Shown here piece after piece: positions 54,103-64,000 of a stretch of 64,000 nucleotides of DNA (its first letter is position 1; each line of letters opens with the position of its first letter). The notes beneath the pieces are model-generated. The model was not told the origin of the DNA. It was given only the letters and a program-made list of their open reading frames with translations, and did not search any database. The stretch is from Octopus sinensis. Lineage: Eukaryota. Location of the stretch: contig NC_043002.1 of NCBI RefSeq assembly GCF_006345805.1, forward strand, positions 80,662,001 through 80,726,000, in the 5' to 3' direction. The position numbers were made by a program, and so were the translations under genes.

Positions 54103-56323
54103 AGTTTCTTTATTGGCCACACAGGGCTGCACACAGATGGGACAAGTTACAAGGTAGAGCTTTTCTTTTGGGGGATGAAAAAAAGGGGGTGGCGTAGGTT
54201 TTCGATCAAGAGGGATCGTAAAAGGGAAGAAAAGAACAAAAAAAAAATTATAAAAAAATAGAATAAAAAATAAAAAGAATAAAAGAAAAAAAAAGAAAGG
54301 GAAAGGAATAAAAGAAAAGAGAAATGAAAAAGGAAGAAAAAGGGGAAAAAAAGGGGAAGAGGAAAAAAAAAGAACGATCAATAGGGATCGTGTATCACAG
54401 TGTCATGATGTATGGTGTAAAGGGGAAAACAAGTAAGGTTTATCCGTGGGAAGAAAAGCCTACGAAAAAGACCACAGTAACCTTGGTCAATATTGTTATT
54501 TGTTACCACATTTGTTTGCAAGTGGTTAACCCTCTGTTTTCAATTTCTGGGTTCATAGGATTATGCTCAAGGTGGCTTCGTCATTCATACGTGCCATCCT
54601 TGCTACATTCACCCATCTTTTTTTAAAACATTCGCTAGACAAAACTTGCCTCTCTACTCTCACTTTCCTTTTCAAGTGGTACTTGAAGAAGTTGATGAGA
54701 GATTGACCAGAGAGGAAAGTGTTTGTCTCCAATCCTTTCAGACGCGTCCACCAGATACATTCTTTCGCCATAGCCACAAGGATAATGAAAATAGCTCTTC
54801 CTTCCCGTTTGAAGGAAGGAGGCGTGACAATATTGACGATAGACTCAGCTGATAAACCGACTCGTCCCACACGTGACGGTAGTTGTTCGACACAAGCCCA
54901 CAGGTCGGAAATTGTTGGACACTGCACGAGTGCGTGCAGAACGGTTTCGTCGCTCTGACCGCATCTCGGGCAGGTCGGCCCCGTGTTTCTCGAGCCGTGT
55001 CTGTAGAGCTTATCCCGAACGGGTAGCGCTTCTCGGTAACACTGCCAGGCCAGGGATCTCTGGAAGTTGTCCATGGGCCCTGGCCCGAAAGTCGTCCTGA
55101 ACAGGCGGGTCAGGTACTCCTCGTCGACGTCCAGGTTCGCCCCGAGCTCGTCGTCGTACCTCCCCTCCACTAATCCCCTATAGAATGCTTTGGTTGTGTT
55201 GAAGTCACTCAAGGTCGACCCAGGACGGCAGAGTTGCTTGAGAGCAACGCGACACTCGCGGTGCCATTCGCCCTTCCTCGGCCTCTTTTTGATCCACGAC
55301 TGCAGTTCGGTCATGGAGACGAGCTGCGGGAAAGCGTGCCGCACAAACGGCGACCATACCTGTTCACCGTTGTCTACATAGAGCCAGAGATGTCGCAGTC
55401 TCAGCGCGTGTCTGCGCATCATCAACCACGGCATGCCCAGCCCTCCTTTTAACGGGTGTTGACAGCAAATGGATCGCCTGACCATCGGGACGCATCCTTT
55501 CCACAAGAAGCGAAAGAGAATGCGTTGTAGTTTGGTGATGGTAGGGTCGGAACAAGGTACGACGGTCAGGCGGTAGTAGATGACGGACGCGATGTACGTG
55601 TTCGCCACCTCCGCCCGACCTTTTAGGGACAGTTTCCTCTCGGCCCATTGCCGGGCGAGAGTGACCACCCTACTCGTTATCTCGTTCCAGTTCTTCTCCA
55701 CTTGGAGGTCCGGACCAAACTAGACCCCGAGCAACTCAACCGGTCCATCGGTCCAGCGTCCCACGACGGGCGCTGGTGGACGGCATGGGCTTGCTTCTCC
55801 AGGTGCCTAGTCGCAAGCCCACTGACCATTCCCGGTTGATTTTCGCTCCTGTCACCACTTCGTAGTTTTTTAGTGTCTCGCCGACCTGCTCGATGTGCTC
55901 GTGGCTAGACACTATGAAGGTGACGTCGTCCGCGTATGCAGACACGCTCGTCCCGCATCCCAGTTCTCGGGGGATGCCCCTCAAGGTTGCCAGCTTCCGC
56001 AATAATGGCTCGAGAGTCAATACGTATAGAAGCGACGAGAGGGGGCATCCCTGACGGACCGAACGTGCGATGTCGAAGGGTCTCGATAGATGTCCATTCA
56101 CGCGAATTACCGAACCGATGCCTCTGTACAAAGCGGCTATCCAGCCGCGGAAGACGGGACCGAAGCCAGCCGCTCTGAGGACCGCCTCCAAGTATCGATG
56201 GTCTACCCTATCGAAAGCTTTCGATTGATCCAAATTGATCAGCGCCCCACCCATGCCAGGTTCGTTAACTACCCTGTCTATGATGTAGCGCATCAGGTGG
56301 AGGTTGTCATGGATGGTCCGGCC
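54103..56323 (-). mobile_element. Tx1-like (L1 group) non-LTR retrotransposon, 5'-truncated, embedded in (GATA)n
   Basis: RTIHDNLHL, LDQSKAFDRVDH, VRQGCPLS, YADDVT, then LSLKGRAEVAN, GGLGMP, WQCYREALPVRDKL and the CPRC..ETVLHALVQC zinc knuckle. One frameshift near 55.75 kb and one TAG at 55720-22; ORF ends at 54553. The 3'UTR ends AATAAAGAAA. (GATA)n/(GACA)n at 53928-54102 and (GATA)n at 56324-56468. Confidence 0.93.
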
Positions 56324-56341
56324 TAGATAGATAGATAGATC

Positions 56342-56441
<100 letters not shown>

Positions 56442-56655
56442 GATTGATAGATAGAGAGATAGATAGGTATTCTTATACGCATACAAGCTTACGTATACGC
56501 AATATTTATCTACGTATAACGTGCATGGAAATTATATACAATATCTATATTTATACGTATATACATACATATATAATATATAAATGCATATATATACATA
56601 TATTATATATATATATAGAGAGAGATATATATAAACATATATATGTATATGTATG

Positions 56656-56688
<33 letters not shown>

Positions 56689-57118
56689 ATCAACATTTAC
56701 ACGTGCATATACTTTTAAATATGCATGCATCCATTTGAATGTGCGTATATGTAATCACGTGTGGGCGTACGTGTGTGTATAGGTAGAAAATAAACTCTTT
56801 GTATGTATTGAACTATTGATCACTGAACAAAAGGCCAATCAAGCCTTTTAGCTATTATGAAAGAAGCAACTATTGTTAGTTTTGTTTCCTATTTTTACAG
56901 CCGTTTTCCAATCCCCCCGAGCCCACATCCGCAAGAACACATGTCGTTACGCTGTCTGAATGAAACACGTGTACGTACGCATGCACGCACATAAATGTAT
57001 ATATAAATACGGATTGTAAATATGCATGCCTAGCGACGCGAAGAAGGCATTGTTTATATACGACGCTTCTTAAGCAAACAGCAAATAGATTACTCAAGAT
57101 GTTTAATACATAAATATA

Positions 57119-57960
57119 TGCATGGTTTGGATGAAATAATGGAAACACTTAAAATTTCAAACAAATTTATTTTAATATGGGTTAGAAACGATTTTGGCAG
57201 TAATTACAGCTTGAATTCTACGAGGTATGAACTCGTACAAAGTTTGAATTGTTTCCAAAGAAAGTTTTGTCCCTTCTTCAGCTAAAACAGTCTCCAATTC
57301 TTGTAGTGATGATGGTGGAGGTTATCGACACCTTACTTGTTTTTCTAAAATGCACCATAAATGTTCAATAATATTGAGATCTGGGGACTGTGGTGGCCAG
57401 ATAAGATGTTCAACTTCACTAGAATATTCCTCATGCCATTCAGTAACAACTTTAGCTGTGTAAATTGGTGCATTATCATCTTGAAAGATTGCTTTTCCCC
57501 CCGGAAACAATTCCACAAACAGGATGAATTTGATCAGATAAAATGCTTAAATAGTATTAACTGTTGATTCTGCTATGAAGAGAAACCATTGGGCCGGCGG
57601 ATTTTCCAAGATATAGCCCCCCACCCCACCAGATCATCATACATCGTCTTCTACGTTTAGCAGTTGGAAGAAGGTAGTCTGGGTCAAATGCTTCTTTTGG
57701 TTGTCGCCTCACGTATACTCGGCCGGTGGTCGGAAATAAGGTAAAGGATGAATTGTCCGAGAAAATAACATTCTTCCACTGCTCTAGTGACTAATTCTGT
57801 GGGTTTTTACTCCACTCTAAACGCTTTTCAACATTTGTTTTTGAAAGTAGTGGTTTTCTGATAGCATCCCTCCCGTGAAATCCAGCTTTGTGCAGCTCCC
57901 AGCGAACAGTTTATGAGGAAACTGGGTTCTCGAGCTGGTCATTAAGCTCTGAATTAGGTT
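57119..57960 (-). mobile_element. Tc1-like transposon, catalytic half and one end
   Basis: IFQDDNAPIYTAKVVTEW...WPPQSPDLNIIEHLWCILEKQV...IPRRIQAVI (DD34E signature). Upstream remnants VRWELHKAGFHGRDAIRKPLL and MIWWG. Confidence 0.88.
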
Positions 57961-58559
57961 TTTGAACATTTTCAAATCATCAACATTTATTTTTAGTAGC
58001 TATTGTACTTTAGATACAGCTACGAAACTGTGACTGTTAGATTTAATAACTTTTTCTTAGAGATTTACAGTTGTTTTCCTGGCTGTGGTATCGATGGCAA
58101 ATGTCTGTGTGCTTTCGACTGCAAGTCCTTCGTTCACCACCTCTTATTCGTAATACGGGAGAGGAGGAAAGATTACTTCGTAAACTTCAGTTTGAGGGGC
58201 CTAGCTCACTTCATGACTAGAGGCCATGTTTAAAAAACGTAAACAAATATGTGCCAAGACAATACACTATGAAATTAAATTCGCCCTATACAGGGAGAAA
58301 GTGTTTAGTCAAAAAACTTTTCTTGCCAAGCAAGTTCAGTTTAATTGACTCCAAATGTTTAAAATAAAATTATACTCGTATGAAAACACGTCCGTTCGGT
58401 AAGAAATTCAATTTCTTATTTGCCACTGCAGGCTATGCATAAAGGGACAAAACAAGACAGGCAACAACAAATAGGTGTCTACAAGAGGGTGGAATGGGCG
58501 GATGGAAGAACAATGTGAAAAGAAATAAGAAAAAAGAAATTAGACATGACATAATGACA

Positions 58560-58995
58560 TGTCAACAAGATGAAATGTTGGGCATGGAAAACCCACAAGC
58601 CTCAACCCAGCAATGCTCTCACACAGGAGACTACGGTAGTACCTCCAATTTCACACCATTCGTGATCAATGATTGCGCCACTTGTATCCATCTAGTCCTG
58701 AACACACGCAGCGGTAACAATTCTCACTCTCTCTCTCTCTCTCTCTCTCTGTAGCCTTATTTTTTCTTTTGAGCTGGTAAGAGAAATAATTTAATAAACC
58801 CTGGCCAGCGAGAAAGTTGCCCGTCTTTATTCCTTTCACTCTCGTCAACCACACGACCTCTTTCGCTTTAGACACCAAGCAGAGAAACGTTGCTTGCTTT
58901 TCCCGGCTAAAGGAAGGAGGTGGGACAGTCTTAATGATGAAATCAGTTGACAACTGTACTCCTCGCAGACGCGACAGCATGTGTTCTACGTAAAC
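58560..58995 (-). mobile_element. Older Tx1-like 3' fragment
   Basis: VEHMLSRLRGVQLSTDFIIKTVPPPSFSREKQATFLCLVSKAKEVVWLTRVKG...LLNYFSYQLKRK aligns with the C-terminus of ORF 54553-55701. Confidence 0.8.
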
Positions 58996-59849
58996 CCATA
59001 ATATATAGACAGATATAGATATGTATATATAAATGTAAGATCCAAGGATCGGGATGTAGGAGGAAGGTTAGCTTCAAACAGCCTTCTATCTCGCATTCTG
59101 ATAAAATCGCCCGTGTGTTATCATGTACCTCCCTACCACAGGAAGAGTAGCATGCATTATACTCCTCGCTTGGATATTTACCACTTCCGAGTTTCCGCTC
59201 GCTATGAAACATATGTAGCCTGGATATTATCTGCTCCATTCATTAACCCATGTGTGTTTGTGTGTGTGTTTGTATGTATCTGTGTACTTGAGCTTATATA
59301 CGAATCTGTGTGTGCATGTGTGTACGCATAACCATACGTATAGATATTTGCAGATATATATTGATAGGAATTACATAAATAAGGTGTTACGGCTTTGCGA
59401 CGCAGTTTCCAAATGCCTTTCATGCGATTTCGATTCTTTAATAGTCGCATTGTATGCAGCTGTCTACATGGAAAAGAAACTAAACTAAAATGAAGACAAA
59501 TATATTGCCTCTTTATTTCTATTACTAATATTGATTTCCGCCCAGTTTCCGCAATAACCATGCGCAAGGTCCATGCTTATAATAACCATAAAATACATAC
59601 AAACCACACACGTACATACACATGCACCCCCCTCCCCATAAACATACACAACACTCAGTTACATACATGCACACGTAAAAACCATCGCAACAAACGTAAT
59701 GGAATTTGGCCCTTGAAAAAAAGCTTTTTATGTCTTTTGTCAATTATAAATATATGACCTGTGATAAATTGTGTTACTCTGTTAATATTCTTAATCAATG
59801 TATTTGTTTATCTTTTTATATACTTGACTACACACAAACACACACATAA

Positions 59850-59892
<43 letters not shown>

Positions 59893-60066
59893 ACACACAC
59901 ACACAAGCTATAAGATACAAGGAGTTTTTGTCAGGGTGACTCAAATCAATATGTATGCGCTCTCAGTGCTCAAACAGATGTCAGAGACTACCTTTTATTA
60001 TATAGCTAAATTAAATGTCCTTGGCAAGTCTTGCCAAACAGCTTGCCTTTTCTTTTCTACTTTGAT

Positions 60067-60144
<78 letters not shown>

Positions 60145-60359
60145 CATTTATATATATATATACATATATATACATACGCATTTACATATACATATATGTA
60201 TGTATGTATGCATATATGAATGTATGTGTTTACGTATGTACCTATGTATGTGCCTACGTTTGTATGTATGTACATATCTATGTAAGATAAAATACAAGGT
60301 AAGCAGAGTCTCTGTACGTTCCCCAGCAAGATTTCTATCCTTTAGAAAAAGTTGTAGAT

Positions 60360-61185
60360 AGATTACAATGTACTTGACGTGCAGAATTTAATGCCTAATG
60401 TTTCGGAAAGAATCTTTCTTCAGTGTCATGATTTGGATGTTGTGAAAAGAAGCAGAGTTTTACATTTTCTGTATTTATGAGACCAAAACTCAAGATAACG
60501 TGAGTTGGCACACGTAGAAAGGAAATGATAGATGGTAGAAACTAGAAGAGAAAAGGAAATGAAGCAGGAAATAAAAAGAGCAAGTGTGAGGTACATGGGA
60601 AAAACGAAGAGAAAATTTAAGGTAACAATGGAGTTGAAGAATAAACGTAGATTGTTAAAGTAGGATAGTGTGAATGAGAAGAATAAAAAAGCGTTTATTT
60701 AAACATGATGTAAGTGACACGGTTCTGAGCCTGAATATGATGCATTGTTTTTGTTTCCGCGCATACGTGGATTCATGAAATGCAAAGTCTCCGCACTCTA
60801 AAATTTGGATAATGGAATGATCCATTTTGAAGAAGTGTTTGGTGAAGGGTTGGTTTGGTATAAGAAGCAGTATGCTTCGAAAACGTTTGCGAAACCCATC
60901 GGCAAGGTACCTCGGAAAGTTGCAGACGATAGAATATAGGAGACATTTGCCTACAGTGAGTGCTGTAGTCTTGTTAACGTAGTCACAGGTGTTGCGCCAC
61001 CTGTGACCCTGTTAAAAGTGCCTGGTTGTTAATGACTGGGTATCACGATGCTACTAACTTGGAGGTTGCCTTGGTCCCTATTTTTCTTGAAGGTGAAGAG
61101 AGGGTTGCGAAAACTGTGGCTCTAGATTATATCCTTCGTGGATATAATCAAATACATAGTTTACCTGGGGTGAATGGAAGCTTTA
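60360..61185 (-). mobile_element. Penelope-like element remnant (linker, deleted GIY-YIG endonuclease, downstream terminal repeat)
   Basis: Hand translation TFKKNRDQGNLQVSS..QPGTF / HRWRNTCDYV / RYLADGFRKRFRSI...QPFTKHF..DHSI...IIFRLRTVSLTSCLNKRF resembles the PLE C-terminus (PGTF.C.R.RC.TC, R.LADRF.EH, IFRLGTL.P.G.N). A degenerate CTGAAGA..GAAAC motif lies downstream at 60391-60430. Confidence 0.7.
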
Positions 61186-61189
61186 AAGC

Positions 61190-62135
61190 TTCCCTTTCTC
61201 GTTTCGGTCTAACAAAGAAATTTCCTTCGAGAGCATATCTAACTCTGCCTGTATTCTTCTTTTCCGCCATGGATCTTTTCTGTTGTCTCCCTCATTATAT
61301 TTCTTTTTCTTGACATCAACACCCACGTTTTCTGCTACAACAATACTTGGTGCCTTGATCAAATTATCTGTTTCTGTGGTGTTGTGTTTTGCTGTATTTC
61401 AGAATTCATAGGCATTTTTTGTTTCTTGGTTCAATTTCCACCGATCAACCTCTTTAAGGTTGCAAATAATGCCGCTATTGTTCTCCTGTATTCTTGCCTA
61501 TATTCTGTCGTAGATTGCCTTTTGCTCATCTGTCATCTCGCCATTAATTTTATTGTCCTTTTTTGTCTCTCATCAAGTAAACTATCACTGCTCCTTTTCT
61601 GTGCTATGTGATTACTTTTATTAGTAAGAGCTATATTTTCATCGTTATCTCTTCTGCTATTTTCCATGACAAGTCTTTTGATAGCTTCGAGCTCTACTTC
61701 TGTGAACCAACGATTTTTACTTATTGCTCTAGTTTGATCACATTGTCTCTGTTCCGTGAGCTGAAACAATCACTTTTCTCTCCAATGATCATATATACGT
61801 TGTCGGTAATCCGTAATTTGAGCACCATTTTCATCAACCGGGATGCTCAGGTAGCAACACTCCATGACCACCGCATTAATTTGCTTGCTCCATCTACGCC
61901 GTGAATGTTGGTCCCTTTCATGATATCGACAGGCTGGAGCCGTCTGCTGGGTGCAATACTGTCACCATCATTGGCTTCAGTTTCATTACCACCGTTATTC
62001 ACAATATTTTGTTTTTTTTCATTGTCACTATATGAAGTAGCGATTATCAGATTGCACAAATACCAGTGTTTTTTTGTGACAACATCACTAGATATATCAT
62101 TAATCAGGACATGGGGATGCTCCACCCTCCTCCTT
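61190..62135 (-). mobile_element. R4/Dong-like element, decayed 5' portion, abutting (AAT)n
   Basis: MFQLTEQRQCDQTRAISKNRWFTEVELEAIKR (R4-type Myb-like N-terminal motif), TETDNLIKA and KDPWRKRRIQ. The 5' end adjoins the (ATT)n run at 62140-62212. Confidence 0.7.
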
Positions 62136-62138
62136 TCA

Positions 62139-62139
<1 letters not shown>

Positions 62140-62197
<58 letters not shown>

Positions 62198-62210
62198 TTA
62201 TTATTATTAT

Positions 62211-62249
<39 letters not shown>

Positions 62250-62250
62250 C
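62140..62250. repeat. (ATT)n + (AGT)n microsatellite
   Basis: Direct reading of the sequence. Confidence 0.95.
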
Positions 62251-63229
62251 AGAGTCAATCTTTTCTGTATATATTTTCAGAAGTTGGTAAACCAACATAT
62301 TGTAGATATGTTGACTTCTCGACTAAATCAGAAAAAAATGAAAAGCCACGAAGTTTACTGGTATCAAATGTAATAACAATGAATACATCATAAACTGCAA
62401 GCCCTACTATGCTCAGTTATCAGCACTACGCATCTGATTGGATGTTGCAGTATCCATTCTCGTTATTGTACGAATGACATTCTTTACAGGTAAGTGAAAT
62501 AAATCGGTTTTATATTGCTCTCAGATCAGACTATCTGACACCGTTGCTCTATAACAAGCGGATAACGTGATACTGCGTGACACAAAAAAAATAGCATAAC
62601 GGTGTTGATTGTTTTTGTTTGCTATCAACCCCAGCTGAGCACTGAATGAGAAAGCTTTCACATTTGATCATAACATCTCTGCTTTTCAGGCATTGTGTGC
62701 CTACGATCAGATTTTCCAATGCGACAAAAAAAATATCAGATGAAAAGAAAACGTTAAAGAAAAGCAGAGAAAATGTAAATTGTTCAAACACAGACTAGCA
62801 ACTACTGAGGCGTTAAAACACCCGATATTTTACAATGCGCAAAGATGAAGAATAACATTAAGAATTAATATTGCAAATGCATTGTATTGATACTCTGAAA
62901 AGGGCTAAATAGGAAGCAAAATCATTTAATATATTTATATATCAACATTGAATCTGCTCCTTTTGGATATGAATATAGACTGCAGAAGAGACTGAGGATC
63001 ACTCAATTCATTCAGGCAACATCGATAGTGCACGAAGTTTTATGATCTGAAAACGAAGAGAAACCTAGTCATGATTAAAGTCTCGTGAGAAGGGTACATT
63101 TGAATAAAAGCGCGTCAGTTACCAAAATTTTTTACTATAATTCAGGAAGAATGGATGGAAGGCTTGACTACTCCCAATTGAATTTCGCTGATGATTTTCA
63201 CAGTCCATTAAGTATGGAAAATATTTACA

Positions 63230-63445
63230 TCCATTGGAATAGGAGGAAGGATCCAGTGCATAAGATGCTGGAGGCAGCAGAAAGAGCTTATTCTTGGTTA
63301 TGGAGTAAGACAGAGTAATTAAGGTGTAAGTAAAGGGGAGACGAAGAGTGGTGATTTGACCAACACTGTAACCCCATCATCGGCGTGATGTTACAGTTCA
63401 GGGTCGCAACAGCCACTTATCGTTTGACACCACCCGATATCACCA
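63230..63445 (+). mobile_element. Probable HERO-like RLE retrotransposon extreme 3' end
   Basis: LEAAERAYSWLWSKTE* resembles the AAERAS.WLW C-terminus of HERO-type elements, followed by a short 3'UTR. Confidence 0.5.
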
Positions 63446-63902
63446 ATTCTGCCAGGTCAAAGATACAATTGCCTGAAGTGGATGAAGGAATACCATATTC
63501 TTCTAGATGTATACAATTTCTTCTCGAGCTAATACTCCCACCAGAACGTTAAGTTAGTAACAAAAACTTGACTTACAAAAACGAAAATTCACTTCTGCAT
63601 AAGAGAGACAAACGTTTTGCGATATTATTCGATTAAATCGTGATTTATTTCATGTGTTCTGAAACGATAAATGAGACAGCTGACCTCATCAGAAATTCAA
63701 CATCAGTAACGAGATATAGAAAGCTACTCAGTACAATGCTGTAAGATTCTATTCATCCACTGCATTTAGAATATACAAGAGAAAATCCGAAGCTGATATA
63801 TTTTTCCGAGTGGTAGGTCATTCTGGTTATATATAACAAGAGGCAGGGATACATACAAAACTTTCTAAAATATGTAATAAAATAATAAGATGAAGACGAT
63901 AG

Positions 63903-64000
63903 AGAAGAAGAAGAAGAAGAAGAAGAAGAAGAAGAAGAAGAAGAAGAAGAAGAAGAAGAAGAAGAAGAAGAAGAAGAAGAAGAAGAAGAAGAAGAAGAAG
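63903..64000. repeat. (GAA)n microsatellite running off the window
   Basis: Pure GAA repeats. Confidence 0.98.

Noticed and set aside
62440-62500. Possible micro-exon (TTGCAG ... CAG/GTAAGT)
   Set aside because: An isolated splice-like consensus is expected by chance in 64 kb. No recognisable peptide and no transcript data.

Overview
AT-rich, microsatellite-saturated eukaryotic genomic DNA with one 100-N scaffold gap. The SINE families and repeat make-up suggest a cephalopod, probably Octopus (inference). I can support no host protein-coding exon, and almost all ORFs in the track are translations of simple repeats. The window is a transposon graveyard. Non-LTR retrotransposons: CR1-group LINE fragments, two R4/Dong-like RLE pieces abutting (AAT)n, a young GC-rich Tx1-like element embedded in (GATA)n, RTE and HERO-like fragments, and Penelope-like remnants. 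DNA elements: two related internally deleted Helitrons, Tc1/mariner relics, a fold-back MITE and a hAT MITE. At least four tRNA-derived SINE families are present. Most notable: (1) a composite element at ~81-1070 joining a tRNA-like Pol III head to a minimal type I hammerhead-ribozyme motif inside perfect 25-bp terminal inverted repeats, a candidate Penelope-mobilised SINE; (2) further hammerhead-like motifs in Penelope-type repeats; (3) a covarying 3' stem-loop shared by CR1-group LINEs and two SINE families, including a tail-swapped SINE; (4) retroelement clades partitioned among different microsatellite types.
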